This document shows positions 9,143 to 18,976 of a DNA stretch of 64,000 nt, piece by piece (positions within the stretch are counted from its first letter, which is position 1; each line of letters begins with the position of its first letter). Position numbers and translations under genes: made by a program. The notes below the pieces were generated by a model. The model was not told the origin of the DNA, ran no database searches, and saw only the letters and a program-made list of their open reading frames with translations. This DNA is from an uncultured virus (IMG/VR IMGVR_UViG_3300037466_001622) (Duplodnaviria; Heunggongvirae; Uroviricota; Caudoviricetes). The DNA lies in the IMG/VR virus record IMGVR_UViG_3300037466_001622. One strand, given 5' to 3'.

Positions 9143-9651
9143 ACAACCCTCACAACAACAGTATCCTCGCCGGTCTTAAGCGCGGCGCCAGGCACGTTTT
9201 TGTTATCGGCAAGCCGCTCCATGATCGCCTTCTTGTCTGGCTGCTTGACCACCTTCACTGCCCACTTTGGCAGCCTCTGCTCGTCCGTGATGTCGACGCT
9301 ATCGCGACCCTTGCCTACGCTGACCGTCGCCTCGACAAGCGGCGCCTTTTGAATGCCGCCAGCACGCATTATGCGTAGCATAAGGACGCGCATTGCTTCC
9401 TTGCGCCTTTCTGCTACCGCCTTGCGCGCCTGTAGCGCCTGGATGCGCTCCGCCACAGCCTTGGCCATGCTGTCTGCGTCGCGTTCGATGTTCACGAGCC
9501 GCGTAAGCACGTCGAAAGCGGCTGTGCTGCCTTCCAACATGTCGGCGCGCAGTTCCGCGTCGTCGGCCAGTTCTGGATAGGCGGTAAGCAGGCCGTCAAT
9601 GTGGGCCAGCAAATTGGCGACGTCGTTCTGGAGAAATTGGGGTTTGGTCAT
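9139..9651 (-). CDS. Siphovirus Gp157 family protein
   Basis: Coiled coil followed by PDKKAI...VPGA.L. Confidence 0.85.
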   Translation of the reverse strand: MTKPQFLQNDVANLLAHIDGLLTAYPELADDAELRADMLEGSTAAFDVLTRLVNIERDADSMAKAVAERIQALQARKAVAERRKEAMRVLMLRIMRAGGIQKAPLVEATVSVGKGRDSVDITDEQRLPKWAVKVVKQPDKKAIMERLADNKNVPGAALKTGEDTVVVRVV

Positions 9652-9689
9652 GCCTCGCTCCTATGCGCTTGTGCGTATATTCTTTGCTT

Positions 9690-9890
9690 TTATGCGGCTT
9701 CGCGTATATCGGCCCGCGCATGCGCCTGCGCCAACCTAATTGCGTCATCTCTCACCACAATCCATCCAGCCGCACGCAGCGCGCTAACGCACTGCACCGC
9801 TAGTGCCGGCGCGCCGACATAGCCGTCAACGCAGCCGCGTAGCGTGTCGGTAAGGACTTCGGTTGGGGTTCGATCAGAACGGAATGTCAT
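9690..9890 (-). CDS. Hypothetical protein
   Basis: Overlaps helicase end, same strand. Confidence 0.45.
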   Translation of the reverse strand: MTFRSDRTPTEVLTDTLRGCVDGYVGAPALAVQCVSALRAAGWIVVRDDAIRLAQAHARADIREAA

Positions 9891-11634
9891 CGTCCAAAAC
9901 CTCTCTCATGCCTGGCGAATATTTGTCGTTGTCAGATGGTTGGTCGTTATCGTTAGCGTGCTGTCTTGTGGTCCCTGCGCGGTAGTCGGTAACGGTCCAG
10001 TATTTGGGATTTTGCTTATTGGGTGCGACGCTGATCTCTTCGGTGTCTGTTAACTCGGATTGGCGATCAAGGAACTCAAGGACGCTTTTTGGCATCGGGC
10101 GTCGGCCTCCATGCCTTACCCAAAACCGATCAGTCTTTGCCTTGAAGAAGCCGTCATGTCCCGGTCCGAGCCAATCGTTGATTACGGTAAGGCCGCATGT
10201 GTATCCGACTTTGATGCTATCTTTTTTGCCCGGCTTGGCCTCGTGAAAGTAAAACCTACGGCCAGTCACAGTTCGCCACCTCGCGGCCTCCGTACTCAGT
10301 ACGGGAGCATCGCCAGCAGTTGCAGTAATCTTCACCTCATCCGATGGCGGGAACACATAGCCGCAGCAGTGGCAGGTGCGCGCTGAGGCGTGGACAATCT
10401 CACCGCATCCGAAGTTGCCATTTACGTCTCTAACCGCGCCTGGCGAGTTTTCATCAGGACACAGGCGTTTCGGCGCCTCGCCATCACCCTCGCCTGGTGC
10501 CTTTGGCCGTATCTGATCGATCGGACCATGGAACGCCAGGTTCTTGCCGTGGTCGGCAATCAGGCAGTCCTCTTTACCGGGAAAATTGCGCGTTCCGCGG
10601 CCAAGTATCTGGACGAGTTTGCCTGGCGATTTGGTCGACAGGATGAGGCTTATGAAATCAACCCATGGGAAATTTGTTCCTGTGGTGATCATGCTCACCG
10701 ACGAAATGGCCCAATACTTTCCGGCCTTGAAGCCTTCGAATATCTCCTTTGTCTGGTGCGCGTTGTCACTCGTCAGGACAGCGCACGGTCGGCCATGGCG
10801 CTTAACGCACTCCGCGATGTGCCTGGCGTTCTCTTTGCTGGTGCTAAAGAACAGTCCGCCGCGGCGCCCCTCGGACATAGCCATGTCTTCCGCCACCGCG
10901 TCTTCAATGATCTTTTCGGCTGCCTCTGAAAGCTGACCGGGGATGTACTCGCCGCCGCGTGTTCCGACTCCCTTCAAGTCGATCTTAGCGGTTGTCTTGT
11001 GACTGGTTAGCCTGGTCAGATATCCTTGCTCGATTAGGTCTGTAATCTTAGCCTCGTATACGACATCATCGAACAGTTTCAGCCGCAGCGGATTGCCTTC
11101 GTCATCAACCTCGCCATCTGACTCCATGTCATCGGTAAGCCGCCCGCTATCCATGCGATAGTCGGTTGCCGTCGTCCCCATGACGCGGCTGTCCGGATTG
11201 CGCCTCTTGATGCCTTTGAAGAATGCGCCGTATTGCGTGTTCGCGTTGCGGCTGATGGCGTGCGCCTCGTCAACAATCACAAGATCCACATCGCCAATCT
11301 CTTCGGTGCGCTTATATACCGACTGTATGCCGCAAAACAGGATTTGCGCTCGGCTGTCGCGACGTCCAAGGCTAGCAGAGTAGATTCCTGCCGGGGCAAA
11401 CGGCGATAGGCCGATGAACTCCTTGAAGTTCTGCTCAACAAGGGGCGCCGAATGCGTCACGTTGACAATGCGCATGTCGGGATAGTCAGTCAGCAACTCC
11501 TCAATAATCTTAGCGATTACGAGCGCCTTGCCGGCCCCGGTCGGGAGCACGATAAGACCATTGCCGCCACCGTTCGCCCAATAGGCGTACAGGGCGTCGA
11601 TGCTTTCTCTTTGATATTGTCTCAGTTCAAGCAT
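9874..11634 (-). CDS. Superfamily 2 DEAH helicase (RadD/YejH-like)
   Basis: LRQYQ, LPTGAGK, DEAH, TAT, QILGRGTR, C-terminal Cys cluster. Confidence 0.93.
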   Translation of the reverse strand: MLELRQYQRESIDALYAYWANGGGNGLIVLPTGAGKALVIAKIIEELLTDYPDMRIVNVTHSAPLVEQNFKEFIGLSPFAPAGIYSASLGRRDSRAQILFCGIQSVYKRTEEIGDVDLVIVDEAHAISRNANTQYGAFFKGIKRRNPDSRVMGTTATDYRMDSGRLTDDMESDGEVDDEGNPLRLKLFDDVVYEAKITDLIEQGYLTRLTSHKTTAKIDLKGVGTRGGEYIPGQLSEAAEKIIEDAVAEDMAMSEGRRGGLFFSTSKENARHIAECVKRHGRPCAVLTSDNAHQTKEIFEGFKAGKYWAISSVSMITTGTNFPWVDFISLILSTKSPGKLVQILGRGTRNFPGKEDCLIADHGKNLAFHGPIDQIRPKAPGEGDGEAPKRLCPDENSPGAVRDVNGNFGCGEIVHASARTCHCCGYVFPPSDEVKITATAGDAPVLSTEAARWRTVTGRRFYFHEAKPGKKDSIKVGYTCGLTVINDWLGPGHDGFFKAKTDRFWVRHGGRRPMPKSVLEFLDRQSELTDTEEISVAPNKQNPKYWTVTDYRAGTTRQHANDNDQPSDNDKYSPGMREVLDDDIPF

Positions 11635-11950
11635 TCAGTTCTTCCCAAATTCTCGCCACGGCTGCCGGTATGTATGAGGCGCGCTTTGCCGACATCTTGG
11701 CCATGTGACAGTTTTTCTCGCTAAGGCCGGTCACACGGCGTAATGCTGCATAAGCCTCAGCGCGCGTCATTGTGCCCGTTTTCCAAAGCGGATCGAAAGC
11801 ATCGTGCGCGGCCTTTCTGGCTTCATGCGTTTCTCGATCGACAAGCGGCTTATCTCCCCACGACCACAAATCGCAGCACTCATTGCGCATGCCGTATTGT
11901 GTGGGCCGACGCATTGCCGGCATGCCGCACTTCGGGCAGCGGATTATCAA
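11627..11950 (-). CDS. Zinc-finger protein (DUF3268-like)
   Basis: CPKCG...RKAAHDAFDPLWK...RAEAY...CHMA. Confidence 0.75.
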   Translation of the reverse strand: MIIRCPKCGMPAMRRPTQYGMRNECCDLWSWGDKPLVDRETHEARKAAHDAFDPLWKTGTMTRAEAYAALRRVTGLSEKNCHMAKMSAKRASYIPAAVARIWEELNA

Positions 11951-12447
11951 GCCGCCACCTTCATCAGGCTCTCACGCGCCCGCTCGGTAAGCTGCCGCAC
12001 GCGCTCGTGACAGAGACCGCGGCGCTTACCAACCTCGATAAGCGTCTCGCCGCTGCCGATGCGCACCAACATGCGGCCTTCTCGAGTGCGCGACAGGCGA
12101 CGCACGATCTGGTTTGCGTAAACGATGTTCTCCTGGCTGGCAGGCGTTGCCGATGCGACAAGAGCGGATAGCGGCTCACGCGGCATGTTCTTCTTTGCGT
12201 TGGCCGCGACCTGGCGCTTGCCCTGTGCGATAGAGCGCATGTTGAGCGTGAGCCAGTTGTACATGCCGTTCTTCGGAGCGGGCGGGTCGTTGCGGAAATT
12301 GGTCCAATGGCTGAACGCATAGACCATGGTGTCCTGCACGAGCTCGTCGCGCGCATCGGCTGTGTTGGTCAGTTTTCGCGCCAGTTTCTTAAGGCCTGGA
12401 ATGTAGGCCATAACGGCGGCGTCGAATGCTTCTGGTCTTTTGGTCAT
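11947..12447 (-). CDS. ECF-like RNA polymerase sigma factor
   Basis: LARKLT...DELVQDT...WL (region 2); TLIEVG...ERVRQ (region 4). Confidence 0.85.
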   Translation of the reverse strand: MTKRPEAFDAAVMAYIPGLKKLARKLTNTADARDELVQDTMVYAFSHWTNFRNDPPAPKNGMYNWLTLNMRSIAQGKRQVAANAKKNMPREPLSALVASATPASQENIVYANQIVRRLSRTREGRMLVRIGSGETLIEVGKRRGLCHERVRQLTERARESLMKVAA

Positions 12448-13397
12448 GCTGCTTCCTCTGTTGCGCCGTCTGTCCAAATGCGTCCGTCGTGCATGCGGTA
12501 GGTCACCGTTTCGGCGTCCTCATCCGCGTCGATCTGTTCGCCGGCAACGAGGCCGGGAATTGTTAAATGGGCGGGACAGCCCGCGGCTTGTTCGGCAATG
12601 CTGAGCGGTTTGCTAAAGCGAGCGCAGGACCACGACCCGCCATCCTCTGGCGTTGAGTAGAGGCACGTCCTGCAGTTGACGCGAGCCGTTGCATGCTCGT
12701 GGCAAACAGCCTTGTGCCGACACCAGCCGCAGGCGAATGCCATCTTATGGCTTGGATCCTCGTGCAGTTTCGCTGGCGGCTCGTTTGCGTCGATAATCCG
12801 CTGCGCCCTGGCAAGCAGGCGCACGACGTATTCAAGGTCCAACTCAAGGCGCTCGGCGTAGAGCTCGTCGGTGTCCTTGCAGACGGCAAGATAGATGCCG
12901 CGCTCGCGTCCGCGCCGATACATGTATGTCTGTATCTGGCCGTAGTGCAGCGGCTTGCTTTTGCGCACGCCTTCCTTCAGGAGCTTGGCAAACGACTTGG
13001 CATTGTGCGACTTGATTTCGCCGACATGGATTGTCTTAGGAGACTCCGGCAAGCCGAGGATTTCGGAGTCGAGGTAGCCGCGCACATGGCCGCCGCAAGC
13101 CTCGACCATGATCTGCTTGCCGTCGTCATCGCGGTCAACAACCTCGCATCCGATCATGCGCAGATTTTCAATCCAGCGCTCTTCCTCGATATTGCCAGAC
13201 TCGAAAATGCGCAGCGTGCGACCGTTGATTTGCTCCTGCGGTGAAACCCACCGGAAATCATAATAAAGCTTGCGCTCGCATTCCTCGGCCAGCGTGCTTA
13301 CGGATATGGAACGTCCGTCACGCGACTCGGAGTTGTCCTCATACGCCTTGTAGATCGCGCGCACGGTGCTTGCGGTTGGCTTCGGCAACGGTGCCAC
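12444..13397 (-). CDS. PD-(D/E)XK / Cas4-like exonuclease
   Basis: CERKLYY, GYLD, EIKS, QIQTYM, CGWC...C cluster. Confidence 0.85.
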   Translation of the reverse strand: MAPLPKPTASTVRAIYKAYEDNSESRDGRSISVSTLAEECERKLYYDFRWVSPQEQINGRTLRIFESGNIEEERWIENLRMIGCEVVDRDDDGKQIMVEACGGHVRGYLDSEILGLPESPKTIHVGEIKSHNAKSFAKLLKEGVRKSKPLHYGQIQTYMYRRGRERGIYLAVCKDTDELYAERLELDLEYVVRLLARAQRIIDANEPPAKLHEDPSHKMAFACGWCRHKAVCHEHATARVNCRTCLYSTPEDGGSWSCARFSKPLSIAEQAAGCPAHLTIPGLVAGEQIDADEDAETVTYRMHDGRIWTDGATEEAA

Positions 13398-13883
13398 TCA
13401 ACACACCTCCACAACGAACGGCGCCCGCACAGCACCGCAATGCGCCTCTGCTGCGGCCAGCGCGGCCACCACACGCTGTTCCGGCGCGCCGAGGCTTCCG
13501 TGCATGCGGCCAAGCGCATACGGCTCGCCCTGGCCCGCTGCGGCGTAAGTCGGGTACTCGGCAACGCTGTAGTCGGACGAGATTTTGAACAGGCGGCCTT
13601 GGTAGCCTATAAGTATCTCGTCGGTTTCTTTGCCGGCGATTCCTTTGATGACCGGCACAACGCGCAGGACGATATGCTCCATTGCGTCGCCGTATGGCTC
13701 CGAGAAGTGCGCATACTGCAACAACTGCCCGACACGGAACGAGCCGGTAAAGCCAATCACAAAGTCTCCGTTGCGGAAGACCTTGCGGTTGGTGCGGACT
13801 TCAACGGAGTCGCCTGCAACGGCGGCACTGTCGCCGCCGATAAACACGCGGTCGTTGTCAATGAGGCCGACTAGACAGGTCAT
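13398..13883 (-). CDS. HslV/proteasome-like Ntn peptidase
   Basis: MTCLVG...GGDS...RKV...GFTGS...AAGQG; Thr2 nucleophile position. Confidence 0.75.
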   Translation of the reverse strand: MTCLVGLIDNDRVFIGGDSAAVAGDSVEVRTNRKVFRNGDFVIGFTGSFRVGQLLQYAHFSEPYGDAMEHIVLRVVPVIKGIAGKETDEILIGYQGRLFKISSDYSVAEYPTYAAAGQGEPYALGRMHGSLGAPEQRVVAALAAAEAHCGAVRAPFVVEVC

Positions 13884-14038
13884 GCGGACTCCTTGCTGGC
13901 TGCAGCCACCTTCTCGCAATCGAAAGCCACGCGCTCGAGGTCGTAGCTTTCGATCCGGTAGCCCTTGCCTCGCACGATAAGCGCGGCCTCGCGTAGCCAC
14001 TGTGCGGCTACCTCAAGTTGGGTTGCGGCGGTGGTCAT
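13880..14038 (-). CDS. Hypothetical protein
   Basis: ATGA overlaps on both sides, ggag RBS. Confidence 0.5.
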   Translation of the reverse strand: MTTAATQLEVAAQWLREAALIVRGKGYRIESYDLERVAFDCEKVAAASKESA

Positions 14039-14307
14039 GGAAACAACTCCAATGTGTACGGGCAGCGCGGCTCTGGCTTTGCTTTGCCAGGCTCGAACGG
14101 CGCGAATGCCGAGCAGTGCCCGCAGCCGCCGCGCCATGTCCATTCCTTCGGCTGCACGCCAAAGAACGAGTTCGATAGGATTTCGCAGTAATCCTCGTTC
14201 TCTTCATCGTCGTGGGCGCAACCTGCGCACCACGAGTCGATGAAGTCGGCGCCCTCCGTGCCGTTGGCCGGCATGTATGGCGTGCCGTCTGCGGGTGGCC
14301 AGGCCAT
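14035..14307 (-). CDS. Cys-rich hypothetical phage protein
   Basis: YMPANGTEG..F...WC..C; in operon. Confidence 0.65.
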   Translation of the reverse strand: MAWPPADGTPYMPANGTEGADFIDSWCAGCAHDDEENEDYCEILSNSFFGVQPKEWTWRGGCGHCSAFAPFEPGKAKPEPRCPYTLELFP

Positions 14308-14309
14308 CG

Positions 14310-15368
14310 CTACACCCGCCGCGGCATCAGTACGGCAAGCAATCCCGGCGCAGCGTCGCTTGTGAACAGAACAGGCGAGCCGCCATCTGCAAGCGCCATC
14401 TTGACGTCGCCAGAAGGGAAGATGCCAAGCAACTCGCCGAGGTATGACGCATTGAAGCCAACCGTCAGCGCATCGGCGTTGCTTTCCAACCCGCTACACG
14501 GCACTGCATCGAACGCCTCGCCGGCACCGCGAACCGACAACGCAATCTCATCTGCGTCGATTTCGAGCTTGGCGGCCGGCTCGCGGTCGGTAGCAACAAC
14601 TGCAACGCGGCCAGCAGCGCGGATCATTTCAGGAATGTTGAACGTGACGACGCGATCGTTACCTTTCGGAATGACGCGCTCGTAGTCGGGGAACGTGCCG
14701 TCGATCAGTTTCGACGTAATGAGCGCGTCCGCGGTTTCGAACTGGATCTTGGCATCCGACAGGCGAACCGTGACCGCACCCTTCGGCACCAGGCCAACAG
14801 CCTTGCGCGGAATGATGATGCCGGCGAACTCGCCAACCGGCTCGCCGTTGTGGCGCGACAGGCGATGGCCGTCCGTTGCAACGGCTGTGAGTTCCGTCTT
14901 GCCTCCAGCCAGGTAAATGCCGTTCAGGTAATAGCGCGTCTCCTCCGTACTGATGGCAAACGAGACAGGCGCGAACAGCGCGGCCAAGTCTGCCTTGAAT
15001 TCGGTCGGCAACTTGCCTGCCGCCATTGTCGGGAAGTCATCGATCGGAAGCGTCTGCAGTTGATAGCGGCTGCGGCCAGCCTTCAGCGTTGCGCCATCAT
15101 CCGTTGCTTCGATGGTGATTTCGTCGCCGGCAATCTTGCTGACGATGCCAACAAGAAGCTTGGCGTCGATGCACGCGGCGAATGCTTCCGGCGTTTCCGC
15201 GTCGATCATGCCGCTGATTTCGATGTCGAGATCGCTGGCCGTTGCGTTCAGTTTGCCGTCGCCAGCAATCAGGCGGACGGTCGACAAAATCGGAATGGTG
15301 TTACGGCTCTCGACAACCTTCGTGACGCTGGCGAGTAGGCGTGCAAAGTCGTGGCGCAATAGGCGCAT
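14310..15368 (-). CDS. dnaN: DNA polymerase III beta sliding clamp
   Basis: RNTIPILS, ETRYYLNG, ATDGHRL, LIDGTFPDY, VLMPRRV. Confidence 0.96.
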   Translation of the reverse strand: MRLLRHDFARLLASVTKVVESRNTIPILSTVRLIAGDGKLNATASDLDIEISGMIDAETPEAFAACIDAKLLVGIVSKIAGDEITIEATDDGATLKAGRSRYQLQTLPIDDFPTMAAGKLPTEFKADLAALFAPVSFAISTEETRYYLNGIYLAGGKTELTAVATDGHRLSRHNGEPVGEFAGIIIPRKAVGLVPKGAVTVRLSDAKIQFETADALITSKLIDGTFPDYERVIPKGNDRVVTFNIPEMIRAAGRVAVVATDREPAAKLEIDADEIALSVRGAGEAFDAVPCSGLESNADALTVGFNASYLGELLGIFPSGDVKMALADGGSPVLFTSDAAPGLLAVLMPRRV

Positions 15369-15434
15369 GAATTGCTCCTCTTGTGGAAGGGTGGCGGGCC
15401 GAAGCCCGCCGTTAGGTTGGCGCGCTAGGCGTCG

Positions 15435-16028
15435 CTACTTTTTCGCCCAAGGACGATTTCCAGCCGCGGCAGGCTTAGCCGCCTGCGTGTTCTGGTTGGC
15501 CGCGGGCCGAGCGTTGTTGTTGGCTGCTACCGGCTTGGCAGCAGGCTGCACCTCATCGATTGCCGGCTCGGGAAGAGCACCCTCGTCGGGATAAAAGTAA
15601 CGCTTCACCTCCATCCTGGCGGGGTACTGCGGCGTGCCGTCAGCATTGAGCTTCTTGCTCGGCCTACCGAGACCAAGTTTGACAGTGTATGTGTGGAAAT
15701 GAAGATCCTCGCTGTCTTCCACTTCGGATATGCCGATGGCGCGGCAGAGGCAGGCAAATTCCTTCTGACCAATTTCTTGGGCCTGCGCGTTGACATTCTC
15801 GAGGTTGATGAAGCCAAAGAACTTGCGACCCTTAATTTCATCCGGCGCGATAACAGACGATGTGTACTTCAGACCCTTGCCGGTGCGGGCGCCCTCGGGG
15901 CCGGTTTCGACAACGTCGCTAGCTTCCATCTCCAACTGCATGATGCCGGCTGGCAGTTCTTCGTAGTCACCGCCCTGCTTGTCGGTGTCGTGTTTAGTAG
16001 CATCGAATTTTTGTCCAAGAGCGGCCAA
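15435..16028 (-). CDS. Putative single-stranded DNA-binding protein (DUF669-like)
   Basis: YEELPAG...AQEIG...LCRAIG...DSEDLH, Ala/Pro tail ending PWAKK; adjacent to Sak4-like ATPase. Confidence 0.75.
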   Translation of the reverse strand: MAALGQKFDATKHDTDKQGGDYEELPAGIMQLEMEASDVVETGPEGARTGKGLKYTSSVIAPDEIKGRKFFGFINLENVNAQAQEIGQKEFACLCRAIGISEVEDSEDLHFHTYTVKLGLGRPSKKLNADGTPQYPARMEVKRYFYPDEGALPEPAIDEVQPAAKPVAANNNARPAANQNTQAAKPAAAGNRPWAKK

Positions 16029-16068
16029 TGTGTTCTCCTAAAGGTGTGCTGGTTTGGTGGTGGTTTGG

Positions 16069-16875
16069 TTAGGCGGCAGCAGGCAGATACTTCGCCAATT
16101 CCTCGTAGCCCTGCCCTTTGCGATAGGTGATGGTGTCGGGCATGGAATAACGGTTCTTGGCGACGAACCCGGCGCCCTCGACCAGATGGATTTGGCGCTC
16201 TTTGCCGCCCTCTGCGTGCGTCACCTTCTTCTTGATGCCGACTTCCTTCTCCTTGAGCGTGACGCGGTAATTCATGAAGGCGACGATGTCGGAGCGCTCG
16301 CGAATGATGGCGGCTGCGCGCTTGCGAAGCTTGATCTGATAGCGGTCGTATGGATCCGTGACTGGACTATCGAATCGCTTGATCTCTGGATGCGCCAGGA
16401 GAACGACGTTGATGCCGACTGCGGCTAGGTCGTCGCACGCATCCATGAACTGGTCCCACTCGACGTCGGCCTGCACGTCGCCGCGGCCAAAAGCGGCCGG
16501 TGAGCCTTTGTCGTTGCTATCGATGGAGTCGGCACCAATGCGAGCGCACGTCACCGCGTTCATGATCGGCTCGAGGCCGTCCATGCTGTCGATGATGAGC
16601 GTGCGGCGATCGTGCGCAAGTTCACCGTTTTCATTGGTCTCCATCAACTCGCCGATGATGCCCCACAGGTCATCAATCGTTTCGAGCGTGCCGGGAGTAG
16701 GCAGGTCCAAATCAGCCGGCGCGCGTTCGCCTGCCGTTGGCAGGTACAGCGGCGCAGGATACTCGGCGGCAAGCGACGTCTTGCCCACACCATCAACACC
16801 ATAAAGAAGCGTGATAGGCGCGCGCTCTGCGGCCTGCTGTTTTGTCGACTTCAATGATGAAAGACTAATAGCCAA
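16069..16875 (-). CDS. Sak4-like AAA ATPase (AAA_24), single-strand annealing
   Basis: LYGVDGVGKTSLA, IIDS, LLAH, AKNRY; start approximate. Confidence 0.88.
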   Translation of the reverse strand: MAISLSSLKSTKQQAAERAPITLLYGVDGVGKTSLAAEYPAPLYLPTAGERAPADLDLPTPGTLETIDDLWGIIGELMETNENGELAHDRRTLIIDSMDGLEPIMNAVTCARIGADSIDSNDKGSPAAFGRGDVQADVEWDQFMDACDDLAAVGINVVLLAHPEIKRFDSPVTDPYDRYQIKLRKRAAAIIRERSDIVAFMNYRVTLKEKEVGIKKKVTHAEGGKERQIHLVEGAGFVAKNRYSMPDTITYRKGQGYEELAKYLPAAA

Positions 16876-17084
16876 AGCCAATGCTCCATGCTGCAATGAG
16901 TGTCAGGACGATAAGGCCAAGCAACCAGGCCGGTGGGTAGTTGAGAGCGGTGGTCATTTGAGGAGCCACCACACGACTAGCGGCACGATGACGATTGCGG
17001 CGGTAAGCCAAACAGCCATGTAACGCTGCGCGGCTGGCGGAATTTCTTCCGGGTGCAGTTCCGGGTCGTAAGTGTCGGTGTAGG

Positions 17085-17372
17085 TCATGCGGACTCCAAT
17101 GTGCGGCGAGCGTGGCTGTGCATAAACTGCGGCGCGCGAACTTCGCCCACCTTGGCCATCGCCTTTGCTCTCGCGGCACGTTTACGCTGGCCGCGCGTCT
17201 TGCCTTGCGCATCCTTGCGCGGCTCAAGCGGCGGCACAGGAAAGCCGTGCGTGCCAGTCATGGTGGCCATCGCATTCATGCGACGATGAAATGCAGCCGA
17301 GTTCTCAGATGGATTGCCAAGCCTCGTTGCAGCAGAAGCCTCTGCGGCAAGCACCTTATTGAAAGCATTCAA
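17085..17372 (-). CDS. Hypothetical basic protein
   Basis: ggagg RBS, coupled ORF in early operon. Confidence 0.5.
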   Translation of the reverse strand: MNAFNKVLAAEASAATRLGNPSENSAAFHRRMNAMATMTGTHGFPVPPLEPRKDAQGKTRGQRKRAARAKAMAKVGEVRAPQFMHSHARRTLESA

Positions 17373-17542
17373 GACGCAGCCCTCCTTGCGCATTCCTGTT
17401 TTCCGTTAGCCTCGTAGCGCTTTCCGGAAACGTGGTCCGGCCGGTACTTCGCCTCCGGATACTTTCTGCCGGCCGCCTCAGCCCTTGCCACCTTGGCCTC
17501 ATGTCGTTCGGTGGCTCGCCTTACTTGTCTGCTGTCAGTCAT
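17369..17542 (-). CDS. Hypothetical protein (57 aa, not in ORF track)
   Basis: aggaggg RBS; MTDSRQVRR...ARRAAS. Confidence 0.55.
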   Translation of the reverse strand: MTDSRQVRRATERHEAKVARAEAAGRKYPEAKYRPDHVSGKRYEANGKQECARRAAS

Positions 17543-17600
17543 AGTCCCTCCTGACTGCTGCGCGTATGCGCAGCAGTGTGGTGGTTGCGGTGCGGGTTGG

Positions 17601-18773
17601 TTAGGCGGCTTCCGCGAAGTCGTAGACGATGCGGCGAGCCTGCGCGGTGGTGCAGCCGGTCAGCCTCTTGAACTCGGCAATTGCGTCCGACTTCGTCGGC
17701 TTGACCGCCAACCGCTGCCACTCATGGTCAAATGTGCGCTCGACCTTCTTGACTTCGCCGAGCGTGTAGACGCCGAATTCCTTGCCCTTGTGGACGTTGG
17801 CGAGGCGGGTGGCTTCTGTGGCCGCCAGGTAGGTAGAGCCATGCACAAACGGCACGGTCGACGGCTTCGGCTTGCCGTTCTCAAGCAGGCAGACGATCGC
17901 GGTTCCGGTCTGGCTGTGGCGCGCTACGATGTCGGCAATGGAGGTGGGAGCCGCCACCATATCGCTGTCATAATCGGTGCAGTAGCCGTACCAAGTGTCG
18001 GCGTAATTCACCTGATATTCGCCGTCGCCGCGAACTTCAGTTACGGTGCCAACGCCAGCCTCCGGAACTTTGGTGTTCTTGACCTTATCGCCAACCTTGA
18101 ACTTGGCGCCGCCAGCTGTTGCGGCAGGCTCGTCGGTCCATTCGGCGACGAGGTTGGGCGAGTAATGGCTGGTGCCATCGTCACGCCAGATATCGCCGCC
18201 TCCGTTGAAGTTGTTGCTGCCACCTACCTCCTGCCACTTGTGCGTTACCGCGCTGTCCCAAGCCTCCATCGGCCCGACCTTCCGCCCGTCGCGCGTCTTG
18301 TAGAACTTGCCGGCCTGGATCTGCAGCGTTGCGGTTGCTGGCGCAACGGCAACGTGTTCGAAGTTGATGGCGTTGCCGTCCTCGCCACCTTCAAATTCGA
18401 GGTAGTCATCGTCGCAGTATTTCTTAAGCTTGGCGACGGTCCATTCTGTGCCGACGACCATGGTGGGATTGTTGTCGTGATTGATGCGCCGCACACGGTC
18501 CCCAACCTTGAACTTCGCCTTCGGCGCCCCATATTCGGCGGCCAGGTTGTCGACTTCGGCTGCGGCGCAGGAGGAGTAGAGGTACGCGAGTTCGGACTCG
18601 GCATAAGAATTTGTCATCAGCGAACCAAGCGGCGCGCCATACTCGACAGACACGGTTAGCCCTGAGAATGCATCGGGATTGTTGCCAATCACGGTTCCGG
18701 TTTTGCCGTGCTGACTCTCGCCCCAATTCATCGTCGCGACTCGAACCCTATCACCCACCTTAAACTTGCTCAT
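17601..18773 (-). CDS. Mosaic protein with three KOW/SH3-like repeats
   Basis: KFKVGD(R/K)V occurs three times; GKFYKTRDGRKVGP module. Confidence 0.8.
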   Translation of the reverse strand: MSKFKVGDRVRVATMNWGESQHGKTGTVIGNNPDAFSGLTVSVEYGAPLGSLMTNSYAESELAYLYSSCAAAEVDNLAAEYGAPKAKFKVGDRVRRINHDNNPTMVVGTEWTVAKLKKYCDDDYLEFEGGEDGNAINFEHVAVAPATATLQIQAGKFYKTRDGRKVGPMEAWDSAVTHKWQEVGGSNNFNGGGDIWRDDGTSHYSPNLVAEWTDEPAATAGGAKFKVGDKVKNTKVPEAGVGTVTEVRGDGEYQVNYADTWYGYCTDYDSDMVAAPTSIADIVARHSQTGTAIVCLLENGKPKPSTVPFVHGSTYLAATEATRLANVHKGKEFGVYTLGEVKKVERTFDHEWQRLAVKPTKSDAIAEFKRLTGCTTAQARRIVYDFAEAA

Positions 18774-18976
18774 GCCATCCTCCTGAATTCGATAACATTG
18801 CCCTCGGCCTCGCGGCCCTCGAAACTCACTTCGCCGGCCTGAAACCAGCGCTCCTGCGGCCCGCTACTGTCGCGGTAGCGGACGGCAAACCTGTCCATCT
18901 CGCCTAGATAAGTGCGGCGACCCACGACGACGCCGCTCAGTTCCGTGCCGACAATCAAGCAGCGCGAGCCGATCAT
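18770..18976 (-). CDS. Small beta-barrel-like hypothetical protein
   Basis: Coupled ORF; resembles the upstream neighbour (G.V...Y....E.WF). Confidence 0.6.
   Translation of the reverse strand: MIGSRCLIVGTELSGVVVGRRTYLGEMDRFAVRYRDSSGPQERWFQAGEVSFEGREAEGNVIEFRRMA

Noticed and set aside
12444..13397. Cas4-like nuclease as part of a CRISPR system
   Set aside because: No repeat-spacer array or other cas genes seen; it sits in a typical phage recombination module
17493..18659. Long plus-strand ORF (388 aa) and similar antisense ORFs at 35618, 38250 and 59773
   Set aside because: Shadow frames of real minus-strand genes in GC-rich DNA; no motifs
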